A stretch of 64,000 nt of DNA from Bacteroidales bacterium (lineage in GTDB: Bacteria; Bacteroidota; Bacteroidia; Bacteroidales; UBA4417), in NCBI GenBank assembly GCA_038204995.1, contig JBBRCH010000018.1:383-64382 (forward strand). Direction: 5' to 3'. This document shows positions 50,901-57,335 of the stretch, in pieces; the stretch's first letter is position 1, and the number at the start of each line of letters is the position of its first letter. A program made the translations under genes and the position numbers. The notes beneath the pieces were generated by a model. That model was not told the DNA's origin, ran no database searches, and saw nothing but the letters and a program-made list of their open reading frames with translations.

Positions 50901-53778
50901 GATTGTCACTTACGAAAATATAGGAAATACAAATGTAAATGACGTTATGAAACTTAAAGTCATGGTGGATGAGGTATTACTGGATGAAGTATATCCTGTA
51001 CCCGGTCTGGCAACCGGAGATCACAACTCCGTTGCTATTCCAAATACCTGGTCAAGCAGCATTCCGGGAGCACATGTGATCCGAGCTATCATTGATGCCG
51101 ATAATCAGGTGCCTGAAACTAACGAATCCAACAATGAAGCTACACGTGCGATTATTGTCGGGGAATGTGCAAATCTTTATTTTCAGCTGTTTGCGTCCTC
51201 AAACTCCAATCCTGCAGAAGGTGATAACATCCTTATAAATACAAGGATAGGAAATAACGGGGATGTTAATGCCACTGCAAATGTGAAATTCTATTATATA
51301 AACGATGCGAATGATACCATTCCGATCGGACAAACCCCGGTTTCAGTTTTTGCACATGACAGTGTTACATTCGAGATGCCTTGGACAGTTATTGATAATA
51401 CAACGACTCTCATTGCAAAGATTGTAGATGTGAACACTTTGGAATTCAATCCGGATGACAATGTAGCAACAGATATCATTGGAGGATTTACAGTTTCCCT
51501 TGCATCTGTTCCAGCTTGTCACAACGAGAGTAATGGCACCTTAACTGCCGAGGCTACCGGAGGTACAGCCCCCTATCTTTATATTTGGGATAATGGCTAT
51601 ATAGGACAGACACGCACTGCCGGTCCGGGAAGCTATACAGTTACAGTAACCGATAACATCGGTCTGAGCAAAGTTGCCACAGGAACAATTACTGAGTTTC
51701 CTGCTTTAATCCCGGTTATCTCCGGCCCTTCAACTTCCTCAGTAGGTTCAACAGGTAATGTTTATACTACTGAACCTGGTATGAACGGATACGTATGGAC
51801 AGTTTCTGCAGGAGGAGTAATAACCGCCGGAGGCACAACTGCTGATAATAGTGTAACCGTAACATGGAATACAATGGGGACACAAAGTGTCAGCGTAAAT
51901 TATACTACTGCACATGGATGCACAGCCGTCGCAGCTACTTATTTTGGAGTAACCGTGAACGAGATACCCGTTCCCACAATTTCGGGGCCGGACAATGTAT
52001 GTGCTAATTCAACAGGTAATGCTTATTATACAGAAGCCGGAATGACCGGGTATACATGGGCAGTATCTGCAGGAGGTATTATAACCGGTGGTGGAACAGA
52101 AACCAGCAACTATGTTGTGGTAACATGGACTACAGCAGGTTTACAAACAGTAAGTGTGGCTTATACCAGCCCGAATGGATATCCTTCGGATTTTCCGACT
52201 ATTTATCCGGTCAACGTAAATCCGCAACCTGTTCCGGTTATTCTCGGACCTGTTTCAGCTTGTGTTTATTCAACCGGAAATATTTACACCACCGAGGCTG
52301 GAATGTCTGATTATGTTTGGACTGTTACTACCGGAGGTACAATAACCGCCGGGGGTACACTAACCAGTAATTCCATAACTGTAACCTGGAACACAGTAGG
52401 CTCAAAAATGGTCAGCGTTTCTTATACTGATGCTAATGGTTGTGTCGCAGCCACACCTACTATCTATAGTGTTATGGTTAATTCTTTACCGGGGGCAATT
52501 GCAGGAACCAACAGGACAATTTGTCTGAACAGCAATACTACTATTGGAGCTCCTGCAGTGTCAGGTAGCACTTACAGCTGGACATCAAACCCGGCAGGAT
52601 TTACATCAACTCTTGCCAACCCGACAGTTACTCCACTGGTAGCAACTACCTACATAGTTACAGAGACAGTTACTCAAACCGGTTGTACTAACAGCCATAG
52701 TGTACTTGTAAGGGTTTCTGCATTGCCTGCAGCCGTTGCAGGTGATTCCAGGACCATCTGTATGTATACCAGCACTACCATAGGTGCTCCACCAGTACCA
52801 GGCAGTATCTATAGCTGGACATCGGATCCTGTCGGATTTACATCAGCTCATGCTAACCCAACTGTTACTCCGACTGTGACAACTACTTATACTGTGCTGC
52901 AAACCTCGATAACAACAGGCTGTTCTAATAGCAATAGTGTTGTTGTTACGGTCAACCCGATACCTGTTCCTACCCTCAGCGGGCCTAGCCCGGTATGTAA
53001 TCTATCCACAGGTAACACATACACCACAGAAGCATCAATGTCCAACTATTTATGGACAATTCCAGCGGGTGCAACAGTTACTTCCGGTGGTACTACTGCA
53101 GATAATTATGTTACAATTACCTGGAGCAGCACCGGTACAAGAACGTTAAGGGTAAATTATACCAATGAATTTGGTTGTACAGCTCTCACGCCCAAAGTGT
53201 TAAATGTAAGTGTTTATCCTTCACCTGTTCCGACAATTATTGGTAGCAGTAGCTCTTGTCTCAATGTTAACACGGTCTATTCTACAGTTCCTTTACAATC
53301 GAATTATACCTGGACGATTTCTCCGGATGGGACTATCGTTAGTGGTCAGGGAACCAGAACAGTGATTGTAAATTGGGCGGCTACAGGGGCAAAATGGATA
53401 GGTCTGAATTACACCAACATGAGTGGTTGTTCGGCACCAACCCCGTCCATTAAAAATGTGACCGTAAATACATGTAAGGATGAATTCGCCGGATCTGATA
53501 CGTTAAACAACTATCCGATAGGGTATGTAGATATGGATATTTATCCGAATCCAAATGATGGCTCGTTTACCGCCATTATCTCCTCTCAGATTCCTGGTAC
53601 ATACAATCTTCAATTATACAGCAACCTGGGTGTAATGGTATACGAGCTTAAAAACCTCTATGTTTCCGGCACCCTTATGCAGAAAATTGAGATCAGGAAC
53701 ATAGCTAATAGTATTTACACACTTGTTTTAACTAACAAGGATCAGTCCATTCAGAAGAAGGTTGTAATCAGAAAATAG
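35926..53778 (+). CDS. Giant (5,950 aa) modular T9SS-secreted cell-surface protein (SprB/adhesin-like)
   Basis: It is a single uninterrupted 17,853-nt ORF with signal peptide MKRFLLFLQTMLFAFFFLNSVKAQ. In order it contains: six GEVED-like Cys-framed domains alternating with FN3-like domains; choice-of-anchor-J/MAM-like, Big_2-like and CHU_C-type Ig domains; a glycine-rich domain; about 15 PKD-like modules; a DGDGFG...DCNDND metal-binding-like motif; CARDB-like domains; and a SprB repeat (CHNESNGTL...GGTAPYLYIWDNG). The C-terminal T9SS sorting domain reads DIYPNPNDGSFTAII...VVIRK. Confidence 0.93.
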   Translation: MKRFLLFLQTMLFAFFFLNSVKAQYCTPVFNSGCSGGGGITSFQFGSINQTPIVCNGSPVTYYHDFTSQSTVLAQEGIFDISVQTINAGMYISIWIDYNKDEVFDGSELALQFLCNWAGTTSTSVTIPGSADLGETRLRIIASANGYPSDPCFDPGSGNCSDFTVNIVDPVTSPTVTTLAATAVTAVSASLNATVNANNNFTHAVFNYGTDIGYGNNLTGNPWILTGNANTNVNATISNLTPNSTYHYEAVGYGAGGYISGGDMSFTTIALAPTVWGVGVTEISGNSATLKGFVNANNSVSSVSFEYGLTDSYGSTIDAIPSTVSDYSDHYVTAPITGLDLNTTYHYRIISTNSAGTSIGDDLTFTTLATLYCIPGYSTGCVEYDMGLTYFELNTISQSIACEGTPSYYHDFTSASTDLAMNGVYSVTVQAGGSYSVNFSVWVDFNQNNVFDGASELVGQGYCDGGSSSTFQVTLPGSVLPGSTRLRILSSYNYYSISDPCGYYYYGNCSDFTVNIIDALTPPTVTTLAATGVTAAEAVLNGNINANDNTTQVVFNYGPDTGYGSSIPGVPGTVTGNSNTDVSAAIGALMPNSTYHFNVAGFGPGGYTAGDDMTFTTDLIPPTVTSFDVSGLGGTSAILNGEVNANNSTSGVSFEYGLDDTYGTTVDGSPSEVSGLYNQSETAYITGLDLNTTYHYRIVATNAAGTAYGEDKVFTTTSSPYCVPEYSYGCESNGIGVTYFELYTISESIPCSGTPSYYQDYTSSAVFTDLWQNGYHTVYLQGGYWGTYVTVWIDYNQNNYFDADETIGHAYCSNPGETYSFNFTVPETSLTGNTRLRIMSGYYQTPSDPCSLFESYGNCIDFNVTIQPPAGPPTVTTMAATSVTPTEAVLNASINANGWDTHPQFQYGLDASYGTTIDGNPVPVAGTDPTDVTGLVSGLMPNTTYHYNAVSWGLGGYVSGDDLTFTTTGIPPTVVTNAATYLSGTGATLNGIVNSNNSLAYVTFEYGLDELYGSVVDGNPSFVLGNYDQSITANISGLDLNTAYHYRIISANSEGTTYGADMTFTTFNTPYCIPVYGTGCESYDIGLTYFGLNTISQAITCTGSPTYYHDFTSSSTDLAINGSYVVSVTAGYGYSSYPTALTVWIDYNQNEAFDGGSETIGNVDCYIAGDTYTFPFTVSASALTGNTVLRAMTSYVNAPADPCGYYEYGNCSDFTMNITDAVTPPTVTTLAATGVTSTEAVLNGTVNANDSPTQVVFHYGLDAGYGNSINGVPGTVTGNIATDVTTNLSLLMPNTTYYYEVTGFGPGGAVSGGNMTFTTVAAPPSVTTGGATNITGISATLNGTVDANNSASTVSFEYGLSDSYGSTIDGTPYDITGNYIQVVTANLTGLDLNTIYHYRIVSTNSAGTSYGNDMTFNTLPTLYCIPVYSYGCASSGMGITYFGLNTISQDITCSGTPSYYHDFTLSSTTDLGLNGTYSVTVKTTGGYNQYVKVWIDYNQNNVFDGASEVAGQAYFPYNSGAAFTFPITIPVTALSGSKRLRIMTRYSPYGYPSDPCSTTELYGNCNDFTVNLVPQGAPLVTTMPASLISGNSATLNGFVNPNGFTSDVWFEYGPDTSYGDSVGGSSTPLTGNISVAETFALTGLPFSTTYHYRLVSQNSEGITYGADKVFTTLSTIYCIPVFATGCSTGYGLTSFTLNTISQAIPCTGTPSYYHDYTATTTTDLIPGSTYSIGYTAGYHDNRLTVWIDYNHNNIFDVATEMAGQGYAYNSYGYTIPITIPATALTGPTRLRITARDYYTGYPTDPCSLTELLGNCEDFTVNILPPGPPLANTLAATSIGGTIATLNGSVNPDNLSTSISFEYGITDAYGSTITGTPSTLTGGAFQPVTAVPNDLLPNTLYHYRVLASNSSGSVAGSDMTFTTLSATTTQALTTPVFLGSINQQIIGIEIVNTGSSYSTPITSFTFNTNGCTQVSDISKARLYYTYTNNYFYPSYQFGSDVTNFGALGSSFSFSGSQALQTGTSYFWLVYDISPTGTPGNVLDAECTSITSGGAFNPAVSAPAGNRSITSDKFLVNVTGTQASTSAVTKGSMNNEILMLDFYVAGTTGTLPLNSLYVNNSGTDSDIASAGVKLFVTSDPVFATTTSLGTPQSFSSSYVYFSSLAYDLPAGHTYIWVTYDIASGACGNHTVDAYINSGNINVNGVTYPATTQNPAGNRTILPSVASVPFTESSWTTVPPCDWNKVGSNWYKSNSSNAGGTSPEMYLYGYYSTSGDKIITPPINTAGLPYLVLNFKEYISSYSTGYTLKVQSSSNGINWTDEPWSWTSTGSGSFGPYDITTSINSNLGGTTYVAFTFTGSPYNLGNWYIDNVSISTPQPPTVTTAATTSNNECTAVSGGTVIDNPANNVSARGVCWSLAANPDILTDPYTTDGSGVGTFVSNITGLSAGTTYHVRAYATNNNGTAYGNDVIFTTYAPEITGIPAVCSGSTTTLSCSVPGGTWSSSTPAVAIVDPTTGEVTGVSAGQSVITYTYTNANSCVCSVNTNVSVSDPPATPDPVTATPSVLCGSGTSNLNAISVGNTIYWYTVETGGTPIGSSGSGVDFPVTLSSTTTYFAESNISTGSNSQTFDYTGSYQTFTVPAGVYSINIDAYGAEGIGLNGYAPGQGGRARGDISVVPGQVFYVYTGGNSLFNGGGSGKGGANGGDGSDVRFGGTAISNRIIVAGGGGGAGGDNWGCFSGNGDGGGGTAGSNYVGGGGGSGYSFCGANGGNTGGSSGSAYHGGGGGGGGLTSGGAGAIATGSSAASPGILGYGGASNNASSCGATGGGGGGYYGGGGAAGTNCGAGQGGGGSSWTGTLANPYFAPGVKTGNGQVVISWVAANPNCPVAGRTPVTVTVGTAVDGGTVSGGTSVCSGTNSTLLTLSGYTGTIQWQSSINNITFTNIAGQTSPTFTAVNLAVKTYFKAMVTVGSCQPVSSTTDSITVTSNLPVSVSITANQNPVCNGNPVTLTASPVNGGASPVYKWLVNPDTVGTNSNQYTYIPNGGDHVKCVLFSSYTCATGNPAISNTITLNTSSPVPTIAGSEFACVSYPDYSYITETGMSSYIWNVSAGGTIISGGNGYNYVVVNWNTTGAQTVSVNYTNSYSCTASAPTVKNIAVNTVPVPTITGPATVCTGSTGNAYSTEAGMTEYAWAVSGGTITSGTGTSQITVTWNSAGARTVSVNYSNGCTPASPTVYNVTVNPVPTPGLSGPTPVCVNSAGNVYTTEAGMSNYSWSVSAGGTLTSGGSATDNTATVTWNSAGARNVHVNYQNSLGCSAATPGVFNVTVNPLPVPALTGSSTICDIPSAGNVYSTEAGMTGYSWNVSAGGTITSGGSPTDNTITITWTTAGSQSVSISYSNGIGCTPVNPTVKNVNVYSLPVPTITGPSPVCGIPSTGNFYHTETGMTGYSWTVSPGGTITSGGTNYYIYVTWNTAGAKTVSVTYSSSVGCASATPTVKNVDVYEKPVPTITGPSTICGTPSPANVYVSEAGMSDYSWTVSGGTITAGAGTNSITVNWTSPGARSVRLTVTDGNGCTSAQIVYNVDVYTFPVPFITGDASICDPPSAGHEYSTQPGMTGYIWTVSASGTITAGGTATDNAITVTWTTLGAQSVSVSYTDAYGCTPLVPTLKNVNVYSLPVPTIAGPASVCGIPSTGNYYHTETGMTGYSWTVSAGGTITSGGSGSYIYVTWNIAGAQTVSVTYADHGCTPVSPTVRNVDVYAKPAPTITGPVIICGTPSPGNVYVTEAGMTDYSWAVYGGTITAGTGTNSITVNWTSPGARSVRVTVTDGNGCTSNQTIYNVDVYALPIPVIDGDASVCDPPSAGHAYTTQPGMTGYTWNVSAGGTITSGQSTNTIDVTWNAVGNQTVDVTYTDTHGCATAAPTVKNVSVNLYFPVDISIAASSNPICNGSYVTYTATSVNAGPSPIYQWKVNGINAGWNSSSYWYIPTNGDYVTCILNSSLLCATNNPDTSNTIAMIVNPHPDAPISGGNQTVCSTTLPALLTATAPAGSIVDWYRYASGGSVLLSGSNTYSTSAAGSYYAESRDISTGCTSTSRTLVNLSVNTAVQYFIDLDGDGFGNPEVSVYDCSQPAGYAANNLDCNDNDPLVNPSSQYFAYTGNPGFVTSIVSPPTGSPSTLFHFEADYFDATNSLPPAGYPRVILDYEGNGSYLDPNDRVVLMTATDFADLTTNNGKRYFAEVNGLPYGTNWKAKILVSDAISCNTTFGPFDCPDVLHEPNVYIFANDITISPPHPDPSENIVVSAVVHNESDFDATNFACHLINQWDTLVIYPDIIVANLPAHQNTTVQWNITSPAVPAWCPMQVIVDYTNVIAENNELDNSAVRPFVNGNYQIAGAIVVTSTVSPSVSYSNQYNYLNFSGRAWYTALAVQLNDSSVAGATVDFTVIETGATYSGYTNSWGYFSISFPAPDPPGIYHIVASVTDFTLTGDFTNQFTILDPIIPEIRPNLALNYCHSVDVQPVNPHLAANVNLIAHVVNNGNATAIGPIEVRFTYSTGGTWLAQYNGDLAPGQSVPISVTTPVPPAATQLVAYADPNDLVYEWNETDGDNSTIDNMCYDFQPVGICGGNFWGTRCVNSSTNLYVGVNVSHLYDANPLDVKFEVSGPGIAGWQNLGVGTLNNLTRNCYCPYVVGIPDQFTFTEVGIYTFRMTVDPQNVYPECDEGNNVLVVTVNSVACLPPETKPNLTFASCHSLDVQPVNPHLSAGVNLIAHIVNNGNATAFGPIEVLFSYSTGETWTEQYNGNLTPGQNVDLSVINAPLPPLGTLMSAYVDPNNLVSEWNESDGDNSRSDNMCYDFQTVPHCGSNFWSRTYLVGQSTLLSVGMNVYHLYDANPVKMKFEVSGPGISGTQNLGIGVLSNATRNCWCPWVIVLPTPYSFFEAGTYTFTMTADPNNEYPECNEGNNVLVVQVNVLDGADMRILSQFINPDKLNPDINEEVSLIVTYENIGNTNVNDVMKLKVMVDEVLLDEVYPVPGLATGDHNSVAIPNTWSSSIPGAHVIRAIIDADNQVPETNESNNEATRAIIVGECANLYFQLFASSNSNPAEGDNILINTRIGNNGDVNATANVKFYYINDANDTIPIGQTPVSVFAHDSVTFEMPWTVIDNTTTLIAKIVDVNTLEFNPDDNVATDIIGGFTVSLASVPACHNESNGTLTAEATGGTAPYLYIWDNGYIGQTRTAGPGSYTVTVTDNIGLSKVATGTITEFPALIPVISGPSTSSVGSTGNVYTTEPGMNGYVWTVSAGGVITAGGTTADNSVTVTWNTMGTQSVSVNYTTAHGCTAVAATYFGVTVNEIPVPTISGPDNVCANSTGNAYYTEAGMTGYTWAVSAGGIITGGGTETSNYVVVTWTTAGLQTVSVAYTSPNGYPSDFPTIYPVNVNPQPVPVILGPVSACVYSTGNIYTTEAGMSDYVWTVTTGGTITAGGTLTSNSITVTWNTVGSKMVSVSYTDANGCVAATPTIYSVMVNSLPGAIAGTNRTICLNSNTTIGAPAVSGSTYSWTSNPAGFTSTLANPTVTPLVATTYIVTETVTQTGCTNSHSVLVRVSALPAAVAGDSRTICMYTSTTIGAPPVPGSIYSWTSDPVGFTSAHANPTVTPTVTTTYTVLQTSITTGCSNSNSVVVTVNPIPVPTLSGPSPVCNLSTGNTYTTEASMSNYLWTIPAGATVTSGGTTADNYVTITWSSTGTRTLRVNYTNEFGCTALTPKVLNVSVYPSPVPTIIGSSSSCLNVNTVYSTVPLQSNYTWTISPDGTIVSGQGTRTVIVNWAATGAKWIGLNYTNMSGCSAPTPSIKNVTVNTCKDEFAGSDTLNNYPIGYVDMDIYPNPNDGSFTAIISSQIPGTYNLQLYSNLGVMVYELKNLYVSGTLMQKIEIRNIANSIYTLVLTNKDQSIQKKVVIRK
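35998..41700 (+). repeat. Intragenic supermodule repeat (GEVED-like + FN3-like x2), 5 full units plus 1 shortened
   Basis: The conserved Y-C-[IVT]-P codons occur at 35998, 37039, 38086, 39136, 40192 and 40954. The periods are 1041, 1047, 1050, 1056 and 762 nt. Each unit ends in GNC[SIN]DFTVNI followed by PPTVTT...TYHY FN3-like modules. Confidence 0.85.
45139..47705 (+). repeat. Ten tandem PKD-like modules (~257 nt each), including a 774-nt three-module higher-order repeat
   Basis: The recurrent pattern is PVPTITGP..VC.....N.Y.TE.GM..Y.W.VS.GGTITSG....I.V.W...G...V.V.Y....GC. Modules 4-6 (from about 45901) recur as modules 7-9 (from about 46681). Module 10 (from about 47455) is again of the module-4 type. 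Confidence 0.88.
49417..50825 (+). repeat. Intragenic tandem duplication of a ~235-aa CARDB-like plus Cys-rich unit
   Basis: IRPNLALNYCHSVDVQPVNPH...PECDEGNNVLVVTVN (from 49417) is repeated as TKPNLTFASCHSLDVQPVNPH...PECNEGNNVLVVQVN (from 50125). The period is about 705 nt and the nucleotide similarity is obvious. Confidence 0.85.
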
Positions 53779-53797
53779 CAATTTTTAAAGAGGATTA

Positions 53798-53843
53798 AAA
53801 TCCAGGTAGTTGGGGAGTATCCATTTTTCAACTATCTGGATTT
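53798..53843 (+). terminator. Hairpin downstream of the giant ORF (possible terminator)
   Basis: aaatccaggtagttg pairs with caactatctggattt (one mismatch) across a 16-nt loop, starting 20 nt after the stop. There is no clean T-run. Confidence 0.4.
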
Positions 53844-54261
53844 GAGGCCTTTGTAAGTAAAAATAATTACTCACTATTGAATGTTAATAATTTGAACTGA
53901 ATTTGCTTGCATAAATTGTAAAAAATGCTGAGCTTTACCAAATAATCTGAACTAAAACAATGTTCAGATGTTTATAAAAATAATGCTTTCAATCTGCAAC
54001 TTTTACCCGGGAGAATTGTTTCCCCACGTAGTATATTGATCGAAAATGCAACGGATCATCAAGAAATAGAGTTATTAGCTGATCTTTGTTCTGATTGAAA
54101 TAAGAAATCTGCTTTTAAACCTGAATCACTCTCATTTTTGAGGATTTTTTACACAACTTAAAGATTACCAATTTAAATAAATCCCGATACAAAGACAGTT
54201 AACTGATTGATAAACAAAACGTTAAAATAGAAAATTGCAGCAAATCCTTAAAATCAAGAAG

Positions 54262-56952
54262 ATGAAACGAACCTTTACAAACTCACTCAAGATTCTATTC
54301 GCCCTGATGATATTGGGCTGGAGTAGCGGCGTACAAGCCCAGTATTCAGGAGGCACTGGTGCTATGGCCGATCCGTATCAAATAAGTTCACTTAGTGACC
54401 TGATTAATCTTAGTAGTACTAGTACCGACTGGGGTATGTATTTTATACAAACGGCAGATATAGATGCATCTTCTACCACAACTTTGAACGGGGGAGATGG
54501 ATTTTCACCCATCGGGAACGCCTCAGATGCTTTTAATGGTGGCTATAACGGGCAAAACCACACTATTTCAGGTCTCTATATTAACAGACTTTTAACTGAT
54601 AATATAGGACTGTTTGGCTATGCTTTTGGTGATGTGAAAAATCTTGGGCTATTGAGCGTTAATATTACTGGTGAATATAATGTTGGCGGACTGGGTGGCA
54701 CCATATTTTCAGCAGACAATTGTTATGTTACAGGTACTGTACAAGGGCTTAGTATTGTAGGTGGATTTGGAGGCTATGTCGGTATTTGCTCTAATTGTTA
54801 TTCTTCATGTAATGTAACCGGCGGAGCAGAAGATCTTGTAGGAGGGTTTGGCGGATACAATTTAGGAATTTTAACTCAATGTTACTCAGCTGGCACCGTT
54901 AACGGAAACAACTATGTAGGAGGTCTTATCGGAATCAATGACGGAGGTATTATTAATACTTGTTATTCTACTGTAAATGTTACAGGAATAGCAAATTCTG
55001 TTGGCGGTTTAGTTGGATTTAATGGTGGTTCCGGGAATGTCCAAAACTCTTATGCAACAGGTACTGTTAACGGAGATAGTTATGTGGGAGGTCTTGTAGG
55101 TGGTAATGATAATGTTTCTTCCATGCAGTTTTGTTTTTCAAAAGGGCTCGTTACAGGTAATACGGATAAAGGTGGACTTGTAGGATGGTTAGATGCAGGA
55201 GGTCTTGTTGAAAGTAGCTTCTGGGATATGGGAACATCCGGTATGTTAACCAGTGCCGGAGGTACCGGAAAAACCACAGCCGAAATGAAAAGGGTAGGTA
55301 TTTATTTGTCTGATCCTTCTTTGGTCACTTTCTGGGATTTTTCATTAGGCGGAAACACCTGGGCGTTTAATGGTTCTGATAACGGAGGCTATCCTTTCCT
55401 CAGGAACGAAGCGTATACCCCGGCACAAGTCTGGCTTGGCAACACTTCAACAAATTGGGCTTTAGCTGACAACTGGAGTGAAAATGCTGTACCCGGGGTG
55501 GCGAATAATATTTTTATCCCTCATGTTTTGATAAACGAACCGGGCATAAGTTCAGCAGGAGAAATGGCAAACAATCTTACCATTGAAGTGGGCGGTTCCC
55601 TGGGCATAGCCGACGGCGGCCAGCTGGAAGTAAACGGTGCATTAATCAACAATGCAGGTGCAGCCGGATTCATGATCAACTCAGGAGGCTCACTTATCGC
55701 AAACACATCAGGCATTGCAGCCACCGTGAAGAGAGATATATCCGATGCCGCAAACGACAAATGGCATCTTTTTATCTCTCCGATTACTACCTCAGTTCAG
55801 GCAAGCGCTTCGTCCTGCTTTAATGGCGCTTATCTTGACAGGTACAATGAACCATCAGGTGAATGGGTGCGTCTTGCTACAAATGATAATGTAACTCCTG
55901 ACATGGGTTATTCTCTTAATTTTGAAGCTGGTTTTAATCCTCTGGTTTTCAGCGGCGTACTAAAATCCAGTCCGGTCGGATATTCAGGTTTAAGTTATAC
56001 CGCAGCTGCCCCTGGTTATTTGGCAGGCTGGCAGCTTGTAGGTAATCCTTATCCATGTGGTATTAATCCTGAGTTGTGCAGTGTCCCCTCGGGTATGAAT
56101 GCGTTTGCTTATGTATGGGACGGTACTGCCGGAAATTATAACACCCTTTCAATCGGTTCAAATACCAACCCGGGAACTATTGCTTCACTGCAGGGATTTT
56201 TCGTCAGAACAAATTCCGGTACTAATTCTTTCACGCTTGCAAATGCTGCTAAAACACATTCGGGAACATTTCTAAAAAATGGAAATACAATACCCGAAAT
56301 GCTGAATCTTAAAATTAATGGAAATGGATATTCGGATGTAACCTATGTTCGTTTCCATCAGCTGTCAACTCCGGATTTCGACCAGGTGTTCGATGCATAC
56401 AAAATGCCGGGACTTGATGAAGCTCCTCAACTTTTTTCAATAATTCCGGGTGAGAAAGCTGCTGTAAATACCTTGCCTTCCATCGAAACCAATTCTGAGA
56501 TATCATTGGGATTAAAAGTTGGAGCAGATGCCACTTATACTCTTAATGCAGGCGGCATTGGAAGCTTTGATGTAACTACCCCTGTTTTACTTGAGGATTT
56601 GAAAACCAATAACATGATTGATCTGCGCCAGAACCCTGAATACTCCTTCAACGCATCTCCTGCTGATGCAGAACATCGTTTCAATCTGCATTTTAAAAAC
56701 ACCAATGGGATTGACGAAAAAGCCAACAGTGTTGTCGGTGTTTACAGTAACCAGCATTCGGTCTACATCCGCAACACAAATAACCTTCAGGGTAATGTAG
56801 AGGTATACGATATAACCGGAAGACTGATCCATAGTTCTAAGCTTAGCGGTAATCAACTCGACAAGATTGATATAGTAAACTACACTGGAAATCTTCTGGT
56901 TAAAGTTATAACGCCAAAGGCTATAGCAATCGAAAAAGTATTTGTAAACTAA
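54262..56952 (+). CDS. GLUG-motif repeat protein with T9SS C-terminal sorting domain
   Basis: It has signal MKRTFTNSLKILFALMILGWSSGVQAQ and about 9 GLUG-like repeats (IGLFGY, VGGLGG, VGGFGG, VGGLIG, VGGLVG...). The C-terminal Por_Secre_tail-like sequence reads VGVYSNQHSVYIRN...VEVYDITGRLI. The ORF is open from 54235. Confidence 0.85.
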   Translation: MKRTFTNSLKILFALMILGWSSGVQAQYSGGTGAMADPYQISSLSDLINLSSTSTDWGMYFIQTADIDASSTTTLNGGDGFSPIGNASDAFNGGYNGQNHTISGLYINRLLTDNIGLFGYAFGDVKNLGLLSVNITGEYNVGGLGGTIFSADNCYVTGTVQGLSIVGGFGGYVGICSNCYSSCNVTGGAEDLVGGFGGYNLGILTQCYSAGTVNGNNYVGGLIGINDGGIINTCYSTVNVTGIANSVGGLVGFNGGSGNVQNSYATGTVNGDSYVGGLVGGNDNVSSMQFCFSKGLVTGNTDKGGLVGWLDAGGLVESSFWDMGTSGMLTSAGGTGKTTAEMKRVGIYLSDPSLVTFWDFSLGGNTWAFNGSDNGGYPFLRNEAYTPAQVWLGNTSTNWALADNWSENAVPGVANNIFIPHVLINEPGISSAGEMANNLTIEVGGSLGIADGGQLEVNGALINNAGAAGFMINSGGSLIANTSGIAATVKRDISDAANDKWHLFISPITTSVQASASSCFNGAYLDRYNEPSGEWVRLATNDNVTPDMGYSLNFEAGFNPLVFSGVLKSSPVGYSGLSYTAAAPGYLAGWQLVGNPYPCGINPELCSVPSGMNAFAYVWDGTAGNYNTLSIGSNTNPGTIASLQGFFVRTNSGTNSFTLANAAKTHSGTFLKNGNTIPEMLNLKINGNGYSDVTYVRFHQLSTPDFDQVFDAYKMPGLDEAPQLFSIIPGEKAAVNTLPSIETNSEISLGLKVGADATYTLNAGGIGSFDVTTPVLLEDLKTNNMIDLRQNPEYSFNASPADAEHRFNLHFKNTNGIDEKANSVVGVYSNQHSVYIRNTNNLQGNVEVYDITGRLIHSSKLSGNQLDKIDIVNYTGNLLVKVITPKAIAIEKVFVN

Positions 56953-56967
56953 GATAAATCTAACAAT

Positions 56968-57201
56968 ATGAAGAAGACATTTAGAGTTTCAGCACTCATA
57001 GTAGTATTTTTATTTGCTGGATATGTTTTAAAGGCTCAGCCGCATCCTGGCCAGCAAAGCGATAATAGCACTGTTTCAGGAGAGCGTATTGGAGCCAGTG
57101 CTCCTGTAGGCGATGGATCAAGCATACTTTTACTGTCAGCTTTGGCATTTGGCGCATTTAAATTTTATCGTAATCGCCGTAAGGTTTTAACAGCTGAATA
57201 A
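56968..57201 (+). CDS. Small secreted protein (77 aa) with C-terminal motif-TM-basic tail
   Basis: It starts 15 nt after the GLUG gene. The signal peptide is MKKTFRVSALIVVFLFAGYVLKAQ. The C-terminus is APVGDGSS-ILLLSALAFGAFKF-YRNRRK-VLTAE. A strong terminator follows. Confidence 0.6.
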   Translation: MKKTFRVSALIVVFLFAGYVLKAQPHPGQQSDNSTVSGERIGASAPVGDGSSILLLSALAFGAFKFYRNRRKVLTAE

Positions 57202-57293
57202 AGTAAAAATGAATTTTACCGGCTTTAAAATAAGATATTATTATTCATAATTGTCTAAAAGTTGGTTACAAGTTTTCATTTTTGCCCTGAAAA

Positions 57294-57335
57294 AAACATT
57301 TACCAGTTTATTCTGCTGGTAAATGTTTTTTTTTT
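57294..57335 (+). terminator. Rho-independent terminator after the 77-aa gene
   Basis: A perfect 13-bp stem pairs aaacatttaccag with ctggtaaatgttt across a 9-nt loop and runs into a T-run ending at 57335. Confidence 0.8.
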
